A stretch of 64,000 nt of DNA from Sandaracinaceae bacterium (GCA_044220955.1 JBGAQA010000007.1:65402-129401); one strand, 5' to 3'. Counted from the first letter of the stretch, positions 32,685 to 42,826 are shown. Numbers and translations: made by a program. Notes: generated from the letters alone by a model not told the origin.

Positions 32685-34595
32685 ATGGCTCTCGTTCCTC
32701 GTCAGGATCACGATCCGCGCGTCCGCACCGCGGCGCTCGGGCTCGCCGTCGGCGTCCCGCTGGCCGCGTACCTCGCGACCGCGTCGGGCTCGAGCTACTG
32801 GCTGGACGCCGGCGAGCTCACCGCGGCGGCGGTCGATCTCGACGTGGCCCATCCGCCCGGGCATCCGCTCGCGTCGCTCGTCGGTCATGCACTGACGCTC
32901 GTCCCGCTCGGGCCGCTCGCGTTTCGCGTCGCGTTCGCGCAGGCGCTCTGCGCGGCGCTGGCCGCGGGCTTCCTGTACTCGGCGATCGACACGACCGTGC
33001 GCTCGCTCGGCGTGCGCCACGACCGCCTCGTGGTGCCGATGGCGCTCGGGGCGAGCTGGCTCGCGGCGGGCTCGTACGGGTGGTGGCTCCAGGCGGTCCG
33101 TCCCGAGGTGTACGCGCTCGAGGCGCTCCTGATCTGCATCACCGTCGAGCGCATCGTCGCGCTCGAGGCCTCGTGGCCGACACGCGATCTCTCACCGCTG
33201 CCGGCGGCGACGCTCGCGCTCGGGCTCTCGCTCGCGAACCACCACTTCACGGGGTTCCTCTGCTTTCCCGCCCTCGCGCCCACCCTCGCGCGCGTCTACC
33301 GGGCCCGCGGCCTGCGTCCGCTCGCCACGTCGCTGGCGATGATCGGCGCGGGGCTCTGTACCTATCTGTATCTCCCGATCCGGGCGGCGACCTCGCCTCC
33401 GATGAACCTCGGCAACCCGACGAGCCTCGCGCGCATCTACTGGGTCGTCTCCGCGCAGGCCTACCAGGGCTCCCACGCGCTGCAGCCCGAGCCGCTGGCA
33501 GACCGCTTCTTCGACGTGACGCTCTCGCTCGTGGACAGCCTGCACGTCGGTCCGGTGCTGCTCGCTCTCGCGGGCGGGTACGCGCTCTTGCGCGCGCCGG
33601 GCGCGGCGCGCATCGGGTACGTGTGGATCTCGCTCGTGCTCTTCTCGTTCGTCGGGCGCGCCTGGCTCGGGTTCGTCCGCGGCAATCCTGACGCGCTCGG
33701 GTACGTGATGCCCGCGATGGCGGGTGTCGCGGCGCTGGCGGTGTCGCTCGTCGCGGCGATCGTCGCGCTGCTCGGAGATCGCGGTCCGAGGGCGGGCAAG
33801 AAGCAGCGCGCGCCGGGGGCCGGGCTGGCGATCGTCGCGCTCGCGGTGGCGATGCTGGGCGCGATGCAGCTGGTGACGAGCCGCGCCCGGGCCTCGCTCG
33901 CGACGTTCCACGCCACCGACGATCTCGACGAGCTTCGCGTGCGCTCGCTGCCACCCTCGGCGGTGGTCCTCGTGTACGCGCCCCAGACGGCCTTCCGCTT
34001 CTTCGAGCTCGAGGCGACCGAGCGCGCGCGTCCCGACGTGACGCTCGTCCCGATGCCCTTCCTCGGCTACCCCGGGGTCATCGACGCGCTCGTCGCGCGC
34101 GCGCCCGACCTGGCGGGCGTTCTCCGCAGCGAGCTGCTCGACGGCGAGCCCTCCGCTTCCGAGCTGCAGAGCCTCGCGTCCCGGCGGCCCGTGCTCGTCG
34201 AGCTCGACGTGCGGGTCCCGATCTCGCTGCACGAGACGCTGCTGCCGGACCGCATCTTCTACTCGGTCGAGCCGGCCGGAACGACGGACGTGGACGTCCG
34301 CGAGGCGGCGCGGCGGCGGGCGGAGACGCTCGACAGGCTGCGCTCGACCTTGGGGGCCAGCGAGGCCGACACCGAGACGCGCGAGCAGTTGATCTGGATA
34401 CACTACGACGACGCGCTCTATGCAGCCTCGGTCGGCGAGCTCGACGCCGCGAGGATCTCGCTCTCCCGAGCGCTCGCGCTCGCGCCCACGGCGCGCGAGC
34501 TCGTCCTGCTACGCGACGCGCTCGCCGATCCTTCCGTCCGCGGACCGATCGACGTGAGACCCTTCACGGTGGGGCAAGACTCGCTCGCGCCGTGA
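32685..34595 (+). CDS. DUF2723 (TMEM260-like) membrane glycosyltransferase
   Basis: YWLDAGEL, AHPPGHPL, RPEVY, ANHH, YLYLPIRA, NLGNP. Start could be 32673 or 32685. Confidence 0.85.
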   Translation: MALVPRQDHDPRVRTAALGLAVGVPLAAYLATASGSSYWLDAGELTAAAVDLDVAHPPGHPLASLVGHALTLVPLGPLAFRVAFAQALCAALAAGFLYSAIDTTVRSLGVRHDRLVVPMALGASWLAAGSYGWWLQAVRPEVYALEALLICITVERIVALEASWPTRDLSPLPAATLALGLSLANHHFTGFLCFPALAPTLARVYRARGLRPLATSLAMIGAGLCTYLYLPIRAATSPPMNLGNPTSLARIYWVVSAQAYQGSHALQPEPLADRFFDVTLSLVDSLHVGPVLLALAGGYALLRAPGAARIGYVWISLVLFSFVGRAWLGFVRGNPDALGYVMPAMAGVAALAVSLVAAIVALLGDRGPRAGKKQRAPGAGLAIVALAVAMLGAMQLVTSRARASLATFHATDDLDELRVRSLPPSAVVLVYAPQTAFRFFELEATERARPDVTLVPMPFLGYPGVIDALVARAPDLAGVLRSELLDGEPSASELQSLASRRPVLVELDVRVPISLHETLLPDRIFYSVEPAGTTDVDVREAARRRAETLDRLRSTLGASEADTETREQLIWIHYDDALYAASVGELDAARISLSRALALAPTARELVLLRDALADPSVRGPIDVRPFTVGQDSLAP

Positions 34596-34622
34596 ACCCC
34601 CGGTGCGTAGAATCGCGGGCAG

Positions 34623-35435
34623 ATGGACTACGAGGTGCACCCCCAGAGCGAGCCCGTCACCGACGCGGACTCGGCGCCGGCGCGGCGGACCGGGCCCTTC
34701 GTCGTCGAGCCCGGTGTCCTGGTGCGGGACGTCGTGTTCCACGTACCGGGCGCCTCCCGCGCGATGGAGCGCTTCCGGCTCGACTACTGCTGCGGCGGGA
34801 GCAAGACGCTGACGGCGATCTGCGCCGAGTCGCGCGTCGACGTGGCCGCGCTGATGGCTGCGCTCGAGGAAGAAAAGGCCAAGGGCGGCGAGACCGATCA
34901 GGAGCTGCTCGAGATCCCGCTGACCGAGCTGCTCGCCCGGATCGTCGGCGAGCACCACGAGCTCTCCCGCAGGGAAGGACCGCGTCTGGTCGCGCTCGCC
35001 GAGAGGGCCCGCGATGCCCACGGGACCTCCATCCCGGAGCTCGGCGCGATCGCCAAGGACACCGCGCTGCTCTTCGGCGACCTCGTGCCCCACCTGCGAC
35101 AGGAGGAGCGCGTGCTCTTTCCGTACGTGGAACAGCTCGAGATCGCGGGGCGTGACGGAAAGCCGGCACCCGTGGCCCTCTTCGCCACGATCCGGCACGT
35201 CATCGTCGAGATGGAGCACGAGCACGAGGACGTGGAGCAGGTGATGGCACGCCTCCGGGCGCTCTCGCGCGACTTCGCGATCACCGACGCGACGCCGGCC
35301 GAGGTGCGCGCGCTCTACGAGGGGCTCGAGGCGCACGAGCGAGATCTCGTGCGTCACATGCACCTCGAGGGCAACGTCGTCTTCCCGCGGGCCGAGCGGC
35401 TCGAGACCAAGCTGCGACGCGGCGCGCGTCCCTGA
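34623..35435 (+). CDS. ric: Iron-sulfur cluster repair di-iron protein (ScdA/YtfE)
   Basis: LDYCCGG, EHH, HLRQEERVLFP, MEHEHE, HMHLEGNVVFPRA. Confidence 0.93.
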   Translation: MDYEVHPQSEPVTDADSAPARRTGPFVVEPGVLVRDVVFHVPGASRAMERFRLDYCCGGSKTLTAICAESRVDVAALMAALEEEKAKGGETDQELLEIPLTELLARIVGEHHELSRREGPRLVALAERARDAHGTSIPELGAIAKDTALLFGDLVPHLRQEERVLFPYVEQLEIAGRDGKPAPVALFATIRHVIVEMEHEHEDVEQVMARLRALSRDFAITDATPAEVRALYEGLEAHERDLVRHMHLEGNVVFPRAERLETKLRRGARP

Positions 35436-35437
35436 GG

Positions 35438-37069
35438 GTGGGCGTCGTGGGCTCGCGCTCGATCGCGCTCCTCGCGCTGACGTGCCTCGTCGCCGCGTGC
35501 GGCGAGCCGCCACCCACGCCTTCGTCCGCGCCGACTCCGCTGCAGGTGGACCGCAGCGCCGGCGAGCGCCCGGCCGAGACGCTCGCGGAGCTCTCGCTCG
35601 ACGGCGGCGACGCCGCGCTGGGCGCGCTCGTGGGACAGCTGCCCCCCGGCACGATGCGCGCCGCGCTGCCGGCGCGGATCTCGACCGCGCTCGATGGGCT
35701 CATCGAGACGCCGCCGGCGGTCCTCGGGCGGGTGGCGGCCGACTCGCCGCTTCGCCTGCTCATGGCGCACATCGACGGCGAGGTGCGCTCCGCCGTCGCC
35801 GTCCGTCTGGACGAGCCCGTCCCCGCGGCCGACCGACGCCCGGGGGGACCGCGTGGCGCATGGCTCGTGGGGCAGAGCGCGGCGGTCGACGACCGCGTCG
35901 CCGTCGTGGCCGACGACGCGGCGATGCTCGAGCGCGTGTTCGGCTACCTCGCCTACGGCGCGCTCGAGCGCGCAGAGGACGAGGGCGTGGTCGTCGTCCG
36001 CGTGCCCTCGAGCACGATCGCGACGACCTTGCGTCCTGGCTTCGAGCGGATGGTGCAGGAGAGACGAGCGAGCGTGCTGGCCTCGGTCGCCGCAGCCCGC
36101 GCCGCGCACGATCGCCCGCCGGACGTCGGCGATCCCGAGGCGCTGGTGGGGCTCGTCGCGGACGCGCTGCTCGCGCGGATCGGGTACCTGCCGGACCTCG
36201 GTGACGCGACCATCACGCTGCGTCCGACCCCCTCGGGCCTCGCGCTCGCGATGCAGGCCGCGATCACGTCGTCGAGCCCGCTGGCAGGGGCGCTCGAGGG
36301 TCGCGTGCCGGTCGCGGCCTCCCTGATCTCCGCGATGCCCGCCTCGTCGGCCGTGGTCATCGCCACCGGCACCACGGCGGCGGCGCGCGCCGAGACCCAG
36401 GGCGAGCTCGCCGAGGCGCTGATCGGCTTCGGCGCCGAGCGCGTGTCCGCGACCGAGCGGGCGGGGCTCGCGCGCGCGTCGTCGGCCGTGGCCTCGATAC
36501 GCGGCGACCAGAGCGCGCTGGCCGTCGGAGCGAGCGACGCGAACGGGCTCTTCGCGATCGGACTGACGCGCGCGGGCTCGAGCGCGCCCGCGCCGATGCC
36601 TTGGGGCCGAGCGTATCCGTGGACGAGCGCGCTCGTCGGGGCGCTGGTGGGTTGCGTGCCGCGCGCTCCGGTCGCGACCCTGTGCGAGGGCGTCTCGCTC
36701 GCGACGAGCGATGGCGAGGGCGTCCGCGCCGACGCGATCGGTCGCGGGGCCGCGGAGCTCGCCGAGTCGAGCCGCACCTCGCTCGCGCGGGAGACGGTCG
36801 CCGCGAGCCCCGATCTGGCGCGCGACCTCGCCGCTCTTCCCGGGGGCGCGATCGCGATCGCGATGGTGCGGCCGCTGCGCGCGCTGCCGATGATGGCGGC
36901 CTTGGGCGGGCCGCCGCCCACCGGGCTGCCACGCGGCGACGGAGCGGTCCTGCTGGCGCTCGCGCACGACGAGGGCGTGCTGCGGGTGGTGCTCCGCGCG
37001 AGCACGTCGTCCCTGGCGGATCTCGACGTCGTCGTGCGGCTGTTCGCCGAAGACGCGGACTCGGAGTAA
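35438..37069 (+). CDS. Hypothetical lipoprotein
   Basis: Lipobox VAAC; long ORF starting 2 bp after ric. Confidence 0.65.
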   Translation: MGVVGSRSIALLALTCLVAACGEPPPTPSSAPTPLQVDRSAGERPAETLAELSLDGGDAALGALVGQLPPGTMRAALPARISTALDGLIETPPAVLGRVAADSPLRLLMAHIDGEVRSAVAVRLDEPVPAADRRPGGPRGAWLVGQSAAVDDRVAVVADDAAMLERVFGYLAYGALERAEDEGVVVVRVPSSTIATTLRPGFERMVQERRASVLASVAAARAAHDRPPDVGDPEALVGLVADALLARIGYLPDLGDATITLRPTPSGLALAMQAAITSSSPLAGALEGRVPVAASLISAMPASSAVVIATGTTAAARAETQGELAEALIGFGAERVSATERAGLARASSAVASIRGDQSALAVGASDANGLFAIGLTRAGSSAPAPMPWGRAYPWTSALVGALVGCVPRAPVATLCEGVSLATSDGEGVRADAIGRGAAELAESSRTSLARETVAASPDLARDLAALPGGAIAIAMVRPLRALPMMAALGGPPPTGLPRGDGAVLLALAHDEGVLRVVLRASTSSLADLDVVVRLFAEDADSE

Positions 37070-37077
37070 AGAGGCGC

Positions 37078-37704
37078 ATGCGTCACGGGAGGCTCGTCCT
37101 GATCGCGTTGCTGATTGGGTGTGGCGGTGCAGGGGCAGAGGCGCCCCGAGCCCGGGTTCCCGGACCCGACGAAGGCGCACCGGTCGGCGGGAACGGAAAC
37201 CACGTCGTGAGCGCCGACGAGACCGGCGACGACGCGGACACCGACGCGGGCACGGGCGCCGCCCTCGTCTCGGCCGACGAGATCCTCGTCGCTGGTCACG
37301 GCTTCATGCCGCAGACGATCGTGCGCACCGGCACGGCAGGGGCCACCGACTCGAGCACGGCCCGAGACGGATCGTCGTTCGATCCTTCCTGCATCGGCAC
37401 GTTCCCACCTTCACCTCAGCACGTCGTGAAGCTCGGCGGCAGGCTCGACGTGCTGCGCGTCCTGGTGGACACGCCGAGCAGCGATCTCACCCTGGCCATA
37501 CGCACCTCCGATGGCGTCTGGCACTGCAACGACGACTCTGGCGATCCCCAGAACGGGCTCAACCCTACCGTCGAGCTCTACGCGCCGCCCGTCGGGCAGA
37601 TCGAGATCTGGGTCGGCACCTACAGCTCGTACTACTCCGGAGCGCAGTACACGCTGGGCGTCACCGAGCAGTACGGCTACGCGTCCGACTTCTTGAGGCA
37701 CTGA
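37078..37704 (+). CDS. Lipoprotein with PPC-like beta-sandwich domain
   Basis: Lipobox LIGC; DLTLAI, WHCNDDSG, LNP, IWVGTY. GAGG RBS before ATG 37078. Confidence 0.7.
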   Translation: MRHGRLVLIALLIGCGGAGAEAPRARVPGPDEGAPVGGNGNHVVSADETGDDADTDAGTGAALVSADEILVAGHGFMPQTIVRTGTAGATDSSTARDGSSFDPSCIGTFPPSPQHVVKLGGRLDVLRVLVDTPSSDLTLAIRTSDGVWHCNDDSGDPQNGLNPTVELYAPPVGQIEIWVGTYSSYYSGAQYTLGVTEQYGYASDFLRH

Positions 37705-37725
37705 TCGGCACGCGGTCGGGCCGAG

Positions 37726-38883
37726 CTACCACCCGGTGACCCCGCGGAGCGCGGCGACGAGGCGAGCGGCCATGTGCATCTGCGTGGCCGCGCTCGGGTG
37801 GTAGTCGCAGCCGTAGCCGTCGGCAGGCGCCTGCTCGTCGAAGTCCACGATCGAGACGGCCGCGTCGCCGCGCGAGGTGGCCCGCGCGACCACCATGGCC
37901 AGGTAGTCGCGGTGCTGCGCGTGCTCGAGGCCGCCGAGCATCGGGCTGGTCGCGAGCAGGATGGGCGTCCCGGGGTAGTGGCCGCGGAGCGCGACGACGA
38001 AGGCGTCGTACGCATCGACGAACGCGGTACCGGGATCGCCCATCGCGAAGTCGTTCGTTCCGAGCGTCACGACGACCGCGTCCGGCGTGTACGCGAAGTC
38101 CCATGGGTCGCCGGTGAACTCGGCGAAGCGGCGCTCGAAGAGCTCGGGCAGGAGCGGATCGGCCGTGCCGCCGTAGTTCCGGTACACGCCGCGCCCCGAG
38201 TACGCGATCGCCGCGTGCCCGACGCCGAGCAGCTGGGTCGCCAGCGCGCCGTAAGCGTCGGGCTCGCTCTCGGTGTCGGCGCTGAAGCTGCAGGTCGCGT
38301 TCGGGCCGAGCACGCCGTAGCCGCACGTGATCGAGTCGCCGATGATCTCGACGAAGTGAGGGTAGGGGGCCGGCGAGGGCACGAGCGTCGCGCCGGGGAA
38401 TCCGAGGAACTGCGTGCGGCCGTAGAACGACTCGGTTCGGCGCACCACCCGCACCACGTGCTCTGCGTCCGGCAGGCCGCTCGCGATCGGATACGTCGTC
38501 GGGCCGCCGACCATGTCGAGCACCGGCTGACGGACGCCGTCGACCCACGCGTCGAAGTAGTCCTCACCGCCGTCGTCGAGACGTACCGAGATGGACGTCC
38601 CCCGGAAGCGCGCGACGATCTCGGAGCCCGGCCAGGCGAGCCAGGGCGTGTCCGCGCCGGGGGAGAAGTCGAAGCGGCCGACGAAGTGGATGTTGGCGAG
38701 CGGCAGCCCGGCGTCGGAGCGGACGCCGCCGTCGTCGCCCGCGTGACCCGCGTCATCCACGGGTCCCCCGTCCTGACGTGCGCCCGCGTCGCCGGGGAGC
38801 GTGTCCGCGTCGAGGGCAGGCGGCGCGTTGCCGCTGCAGCCGCCGACGAGCAGGACGAGGGTCGCGAGCAGGCACGTGCGCAT
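37726..38883 (-). CDS. SGNH/GDSL esterase lipoprotein (CE2-like)
   Basis: FVGRF, WPGS, RRTE, IGDSITCGYG, LGTND, DYHP; lipobox GGC. Confidence 0.9.
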   Translation of the reverse strand: MRTCLLATLVLLVGGCSGNAPPALDADTLPGDAGARQDGGPVDDAGHAGDDGGVRSDAGLPLANIHFVGRFDFSPGADTPWLAWPGSEIVARFRGTSISVRLDDGGEDYFDAWVDGVRQPVLDMVGGPTTYPIASGLPDAEHVVRVVRRTESFYGRTQFLGFPGATLVPSPAPYPHFVEIIGDSITCGYGVLGPNATCSFSADTESEPDAYGALATQLLGVGHAAIAYSGRGVYRNYGGTADPLLPELFERRFAEFTGDPWDFAYTPDAVVVTLGTNDFAMGDPGTAFVDAYDAFVVALRGHYPGTPILLATSPMLGGLEHAQHRDYLAMVVARATSRGDAAVSIVDFDEQAPADGYGCDYHPSAATQMHMAARLVAALRGVTGW

Positions 38884-38898
38884 CGCGCGAGTCTGCCA

Positions 38899-40431
38899 TC
38901 AATGCGCGCGCGTCGGGTCGCGAGCGATCTCGAGGACGAAGGGTCCGGTGGCGGCGGAGTAAGGACGCACGTCGACGTCGTAGCGACCCGGCCCGAGCGT
39001 CGCCTCGATGCGCGAGTCGAAGCCCGGGCCGGAGTCGTCGTCCTCCACGATCATCGCGCCCTCGCGCCGCACCTCGAGGTAGACGTCGAGCCCCGAGCGC
39101 GTCGAGAGGACCAGCGGCGTCGGCGCGTCGAGCTCGAGCGCGAAGCGCACGCGCGGACAGAGCAGCGAGAGCTCCGAGGAGGTCTCGCTCCCGACGGGGA
39201 GGCCTCGCCGCGGCTCGCAGTCTCGCCGCGGCGGCGCGATGCCGCAGACGTCGGCGATCGGCAGCAGCAGCGCGAGCCCGAGCGCGAGAGGCGCCGCCCA
39301 GCGCGGGGGCTCGCGGATCGCGTCGTCGGCCTGCGGCGGTGGTGGCACGTGCTCGGGACTCCCGGTCAGCTTGCGCATCAGCCACTCGACCGGCCCGCGC
39401 GCGAAGCGCCGGCGGTAGAGCGCGGCGAGCGGGATCACCAGCACGACGAACGCCGCCCAGTAGGCGAGCATCTGCTCGATCGAGAGCGCGTCGGCCCAGC
39501 CGAGGAAGTACCGCGGGACGCCGATCGCCAGGTGCGCATGGACGAGATAGATCGTCAGCGAGAGCTGCCCCGCGTCCCCGAGGGTCCGGACGAGCAGGTG
39601 TCGCGGGGAGCGGGCGACGAGCTCGTGCGCGAGCGCCACGATCGCGGTCGCCGTCGCCGAGGCCGACAGGACGTAGAGCGGCCCGGGCGACCAGTCCGTG
39701 TGCACGAGCGTGAACAGCGTCCCGGTGCGCTCGCTGCGGATGGTGAGCGCGGACAGGGCGAGGCTCACCGCCTCCGTCGTGACGAAGACCGCGAGCGCGC
39801 GGGACAGCACGCGGCGGCGTAGCCCGCGAGCCCGGAGGTCGAGCTGGCCGAGCCACATCCCGAAGAGCAGGAACGCGAGCCAGGGGACGACGGGGTGGAT
39901 GCCGTCGATCAGCGCGTCGCGGAGCACGCCGAGGACCGAGTAGCGATCGACCTCGGCTCGCTGGTCCTCGGGCAAGAGGAACGCGAGCACGCCTCCGAGC
40001 ACGCCGAGCGAGACGGCCGAGCCGACGAGCGCGCGGGGCGAGGCCCGAAGGAAGAAGATCGCCGCGATCGCGAGGTAGCACGCGTAGAAGTGCAGGATGT
40101 CGATCCACCAGCCGAGCGCGAGGTTGATCGCACCCAGCGCTACCAGCATCGCCGCCCGAAGCAGCAGCGTCCTGCGCGCGCGCGCGACGTCTCCGTACGC
40201 CATCCGTGCGATGCCGACCCCTGCCAGCGTCACGAAGAGCGACGACGCGCGACCGCCAGGCACGTGCGCGAGCCAGCGCAGCAGGATCTCGCCCGGGGTG
40301 CCGCGCGGCGGACCGAGCAGGTACACGCCGAAGTTGATCAGCACCATCCCGCAGATGGCGACGGCGCGCGCCACGTCGTAGCCAGCCACGCGCTCGTGGC
40401 CGCGGACCTCGCTCTGCACCTCGGCGCTCAC
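38899..40431 (-). CDS. DUF418-family membrane protein with C-terminal PPC-like domain
   Basis: RVAGYDVARAVA, DILHFY, GQLSLTIYLVH, RGPVEWLMR; then DVYLEV...EDDDSGPGFDSRI...PGRY. Confidence 0.8.
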   Translation of the reverse strand: MSAEVQSEVRGHERVAGYDVARAVAICGMVLINFGVYLLGPPRGTPGEILLRWLAHVPGGRASSLFVTLAGVGIARMAYGDVARARRTLLLRAAMLVALGAINLALGWWIDILHFYACYLAIAAIFFLRASPRALVGSAVSLGVLGGVLAFLLPEDQRAEVDRYSVLGVLRDALIDGIHPVVPWLAFLLFGMWLGQLDLRARGLRRRVLSRALAVFVTTEAVSLALSALTIRSERTGTLFTLVHTDWSPGPLYVLSASATATAIVALAHELVARSPRHLLVRTLGDAGQLSLTIYLVHAHLAIGVPRYFLGWADALSIEQMLAYWAAFVVLVIPLAALYRRRFARGPVEWLMRKLTGSPEHVPPPPQADDAIREPPRWAAPLALGLALLLPIADVCGIAPPRRDCEPRRGLPVGSETSSELSLLCPRVRFALELDAPTPLVLSTRSGLDVYLEVRREGAMIVEDDDSGPGFDSRIEATLGPGRYDVDVRPYSAATGPFVLEIARDPTRAH

Positions 40432-40472
40432 TCTCGGGCCCGGCAGTATGCACTCGTGCTACGCCATGGTGC

Positions 40473-40913
40473 ATGCCCGTGCTCTTGTTCCGACACGGCG
40501 AGGCCGTGGGCTCTCAGGGCGACGACGCCCACCGTTACCTCACTTTCAAGGGCCGCGCCGACACGCGGAAGGTCGGTCTGGCTCTCAAGGAGCGCGGCAT
40601 CGTCGCGAGCCAGATCGTCTCGAGCCCGCTGGTGCGCGCGGTCCAGACGGCGGAGATCCTCGCCCATGCGCTCGGCTTCGACGGCACGATCACGACCGAC
40701 GGGGCCTACGTCCCCGACGGCGACCCGACGCTCGCCGCCAAGCGGATCCCGATCAGCACGGGCGTGACGATCCTGGTCTGTCACGAGCCGATCGTGCGCG
40801 GCATCGCGTCGTGCCTCACGGGGCAGCAGGGCTACCCCAGCTTCCGCACGAGCGGATGCGCCCTGGTCGAGGGCACGCGCGTGACCCTCGCGCTGAGCCC
40901 CGAGAACGCATGA
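40473..40913 (+). CDS. sixA: Phosphohistidine phosphatase
   Basis: RHGEA, RYLT, SSPLVRAVQTA, CHEP. Confidence 0.85.
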   Translation: MPVLLFRHGEAVGSQGDDAHRYLTFKGRADTRKVGLALKERGIVASQIVSSPLVRAVQTAEILAHALGFDGTITTDGAYVPDGDPTLAAKRIPISTGVTILVCHEPIVRGIASCLTGQQGYPSFRTSGCALVEGTRVTLALSPENA

Positions 40914-42037
40914 TCGACCACGCCCGAGCCCTGCGAGCTCTCACCCTCACCGCGGCTCTGTCGCTCTGCCTCGTCGGCTCGGGTGCCAGCGTGCGCGCCC
41001 AGGAGACGGGCGGCTCGTTCGAGTCGAGCGACTGGGGCTCGGGCTCCGCGTCCGGCACGAGCGACTGGGGCTCGGGGTCGAGCTCCGGCGGCGACTGGGG
41101 CACGGGGTCGAGCTCGGGCAGCGACTGGGGCTCGTCGAGCCCCTCGCCGTATCCGAGGACCGACTACGACACCTCGCCCACGAGGAGCTACGCGTCCCCG
41201 TCGACCTCCGACGGCGCCGTGCTCTCGCTCCTGCTCGTGGTGCTCGTCTTCCTCGTCGTGCCGATCCTGCTCGTCGCTCTGCGGGACGCGCGAGGCGGCG
41301 GGAGCTTCGGCGCGAGCGCGGCGTACGTGCCTGGACGTGTCTACGTCATGGGACCGCGACCGGCGGCGGTCGCGGGCCTCGTCGACGTCTCGATGCTCCA
41401 GCTCGCGATCGACTGGCGTGCGCGACGCTTCGTCCAGGCCGAGCTCGCGAAGCTCGCGACCTCCGGCGACACCACCACGCCGGAAGGCCGCGCGCGACTG
41501 CTCGCGGCGACGGGCCAGGCGCTGGCCTCCGTGAAGCTCGCGTGGCTCTACGCCGGCGCTCGCAACTTCAGCCCGATGCCGATCGAGCGCGCCCAGCGCG
41601 AGTTCACGCAGATCGCGAACGACGTCCGCGCCACGTTCCGCCAGGAGATCGTGCGCGCCGCTGCCGGTCGCGTCGTCACGGTCGAGGCGGTCGGCGTCCG
41701 CGCGCGCGAGCACGAGGGACCCGGGGTCGTGCTCGTCTCGGTCGTCGTGGCCGCGCGCCGCGAGATCTTCGACGTCGACGCGACGCGCTCGGCGTCGATC
41801 GACGCGCTCCTCGCCTCGCTCTCGCGCTTGCGTGCGGACGCGATCGTGGCTGTCAGCGTCGTCTGGACGCCGGCGGCGGAGCAAGACCGCATGAGCACCG
41901 ACGAGCTCGTACAGCGCCATCCCAGCCTCGTCCGGATCGGTGACATCGGTGGTCGAGTCTTCTGTAGCTACTGCGGCGGACCGCACGCCGAGGAGGTGCG
42001 GACCTGCCCGCACTGCGGCGCGCCGGCGCCGAGCTGA
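40910..42037 (+). CDS. DUF1517-like protein with Gly/Ser repeats and C-terminal zinc ribbon
   Basis: Signal peptide, GGSF, SDWG repeats, TM helix, VQAEL..GDT.T.EG, VVWTP...DRMSTDEL, CSYC...CPHCG. Confidence 0.75.
   Translation: MIDHARALRALTLTAALSLCLVGSGASVRAQETGGSFESSDWGSGSASGTSDWGSGSSSGGDWGTGSSSGSDWGSSSPSPYPRTDYDTSPTRSYASPSTSDGAVLSLLLVVLVFLVVPILLVALRDARGGGSFGASAAYVPGRVYVMGPRPAAVAGLVDVSMLQLAIDWRARRFVQAELAKLATSGDTTTPEGRARLLAATGQALASVKLAWLYAGARNFSPMPIERAQREFTQIANDVRATFRQEIVRAAAGRVVTVEAVGVRAREHEGPGVVLVSVVVAARREIFDVDATRSASIDALLASLSRLRADAIVAVSVVWTPAAEQDRMSTDELVQRHPSLVRIGDIGGRVFCSYCGGPHAEEVRTCPHCGAPAPS
41028..41140 (+). repeat. Four imperfect in-frame repeats encoding (S/G)DWG(S/T)
   Basis: GCGACTGGGGC occurs four times at 30-33 bp spacing. 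Confidence 0.85.
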
Positions 42038-42055
42038 GGCTCTCCCCCTCGAGGA

Positions 42056-42826
42056 TCAATCGAGGTCGCTGAAGATGCGCTCCCAGCGGATGAAGTCGTC
42101 GCTCGACCAGTAGATCGCCTCGGCGCGGCCCTTCACGCGGCTGATCGGGATCATGCCGACGCGCGGGTTGCGGCTGTCGTTGCTGCGGTCGCGGTGGTCG
42201 CCGAGGACGAAGATGTGGCCAGGCGGCACCGTCTGCTCGGGCATCGACTCCGGCGGCGAGAGGAGCGAGTGGCTCGTGCGCCACGTGCGGCCGTCGATGC
42301 CCTCCTCGACCCACTCGCAGTCGGTCGGGTCCTCGCTGCTCGCGTCTTCGTGGCAGGGGCCGAGCACCTGGACGCGGATGGACTCGCCGTTCCGGTAGAC
42401 GACGTCGTCGCGGATCTCGATCCGGTCGCCGGGCACGCCGATGACGCGCTTCACGATGTCGACGCCGTCCGCGGGGCTCTTGACGATGACGACGTCGCCC
42501 GCGTCGGGCATGCCCCAGCTCACCACCGCGTCGTCCGTGAACGGGAGGAAGAGGCCGAAGGGGAACTTCGAGACGACGACCCGGTCGCCGTTCAGGAGCG
42601 TCGGCTCCATCGAGGGGCCGTCGATCTCGAACGCCTCGAAGAGCACGATGCGGATGAAGAAGGCGAGCAGGAACGCGCCCGCGATCGTGCGCGCGGTGGA
42701 CGCGATACGGCCTTCCTCCGGCGGCTGCGGCTTGGCCTTGGTGGCCGTCTTGCTCGGGCTGGGCGTCGTGGCGGCGGGCGCCTTCTCGGCGCTCGGGGTC
42801 TCGGGCGTCTCGGGCGTCTCGCTCAT
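42056..42826 (-). CDS. lepB: Signal peptidase I
   Basis: SMEPTL, GDVV, VKRVIGVPGD, FVLGDHRDRSNDSR. Confidence 0.95.
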   Translation of the reverse strand: MSETPETPETPSAEKAPAATTPSPSKTATKAKPQPPEEGRIASTARTIAGAFLLAFFIRIVLFEAFEIDGPSMEPTLLNGDRVVVSKFPFGLFLPFTDDAVVSWGMPDAGDVVIVKSPADGVDIVKRVIGVPGDRIEIRDDVVYRNGESIRVQVLGPCHEDASSEDPTDCEWVEEGIDGRTWRTSHSLLSPPESMPEQTVPPGHIFVLGDHRDRSNDSRNPRVGMIPISRVKGRAEAIYWSSDDFIRWERIFSDLD

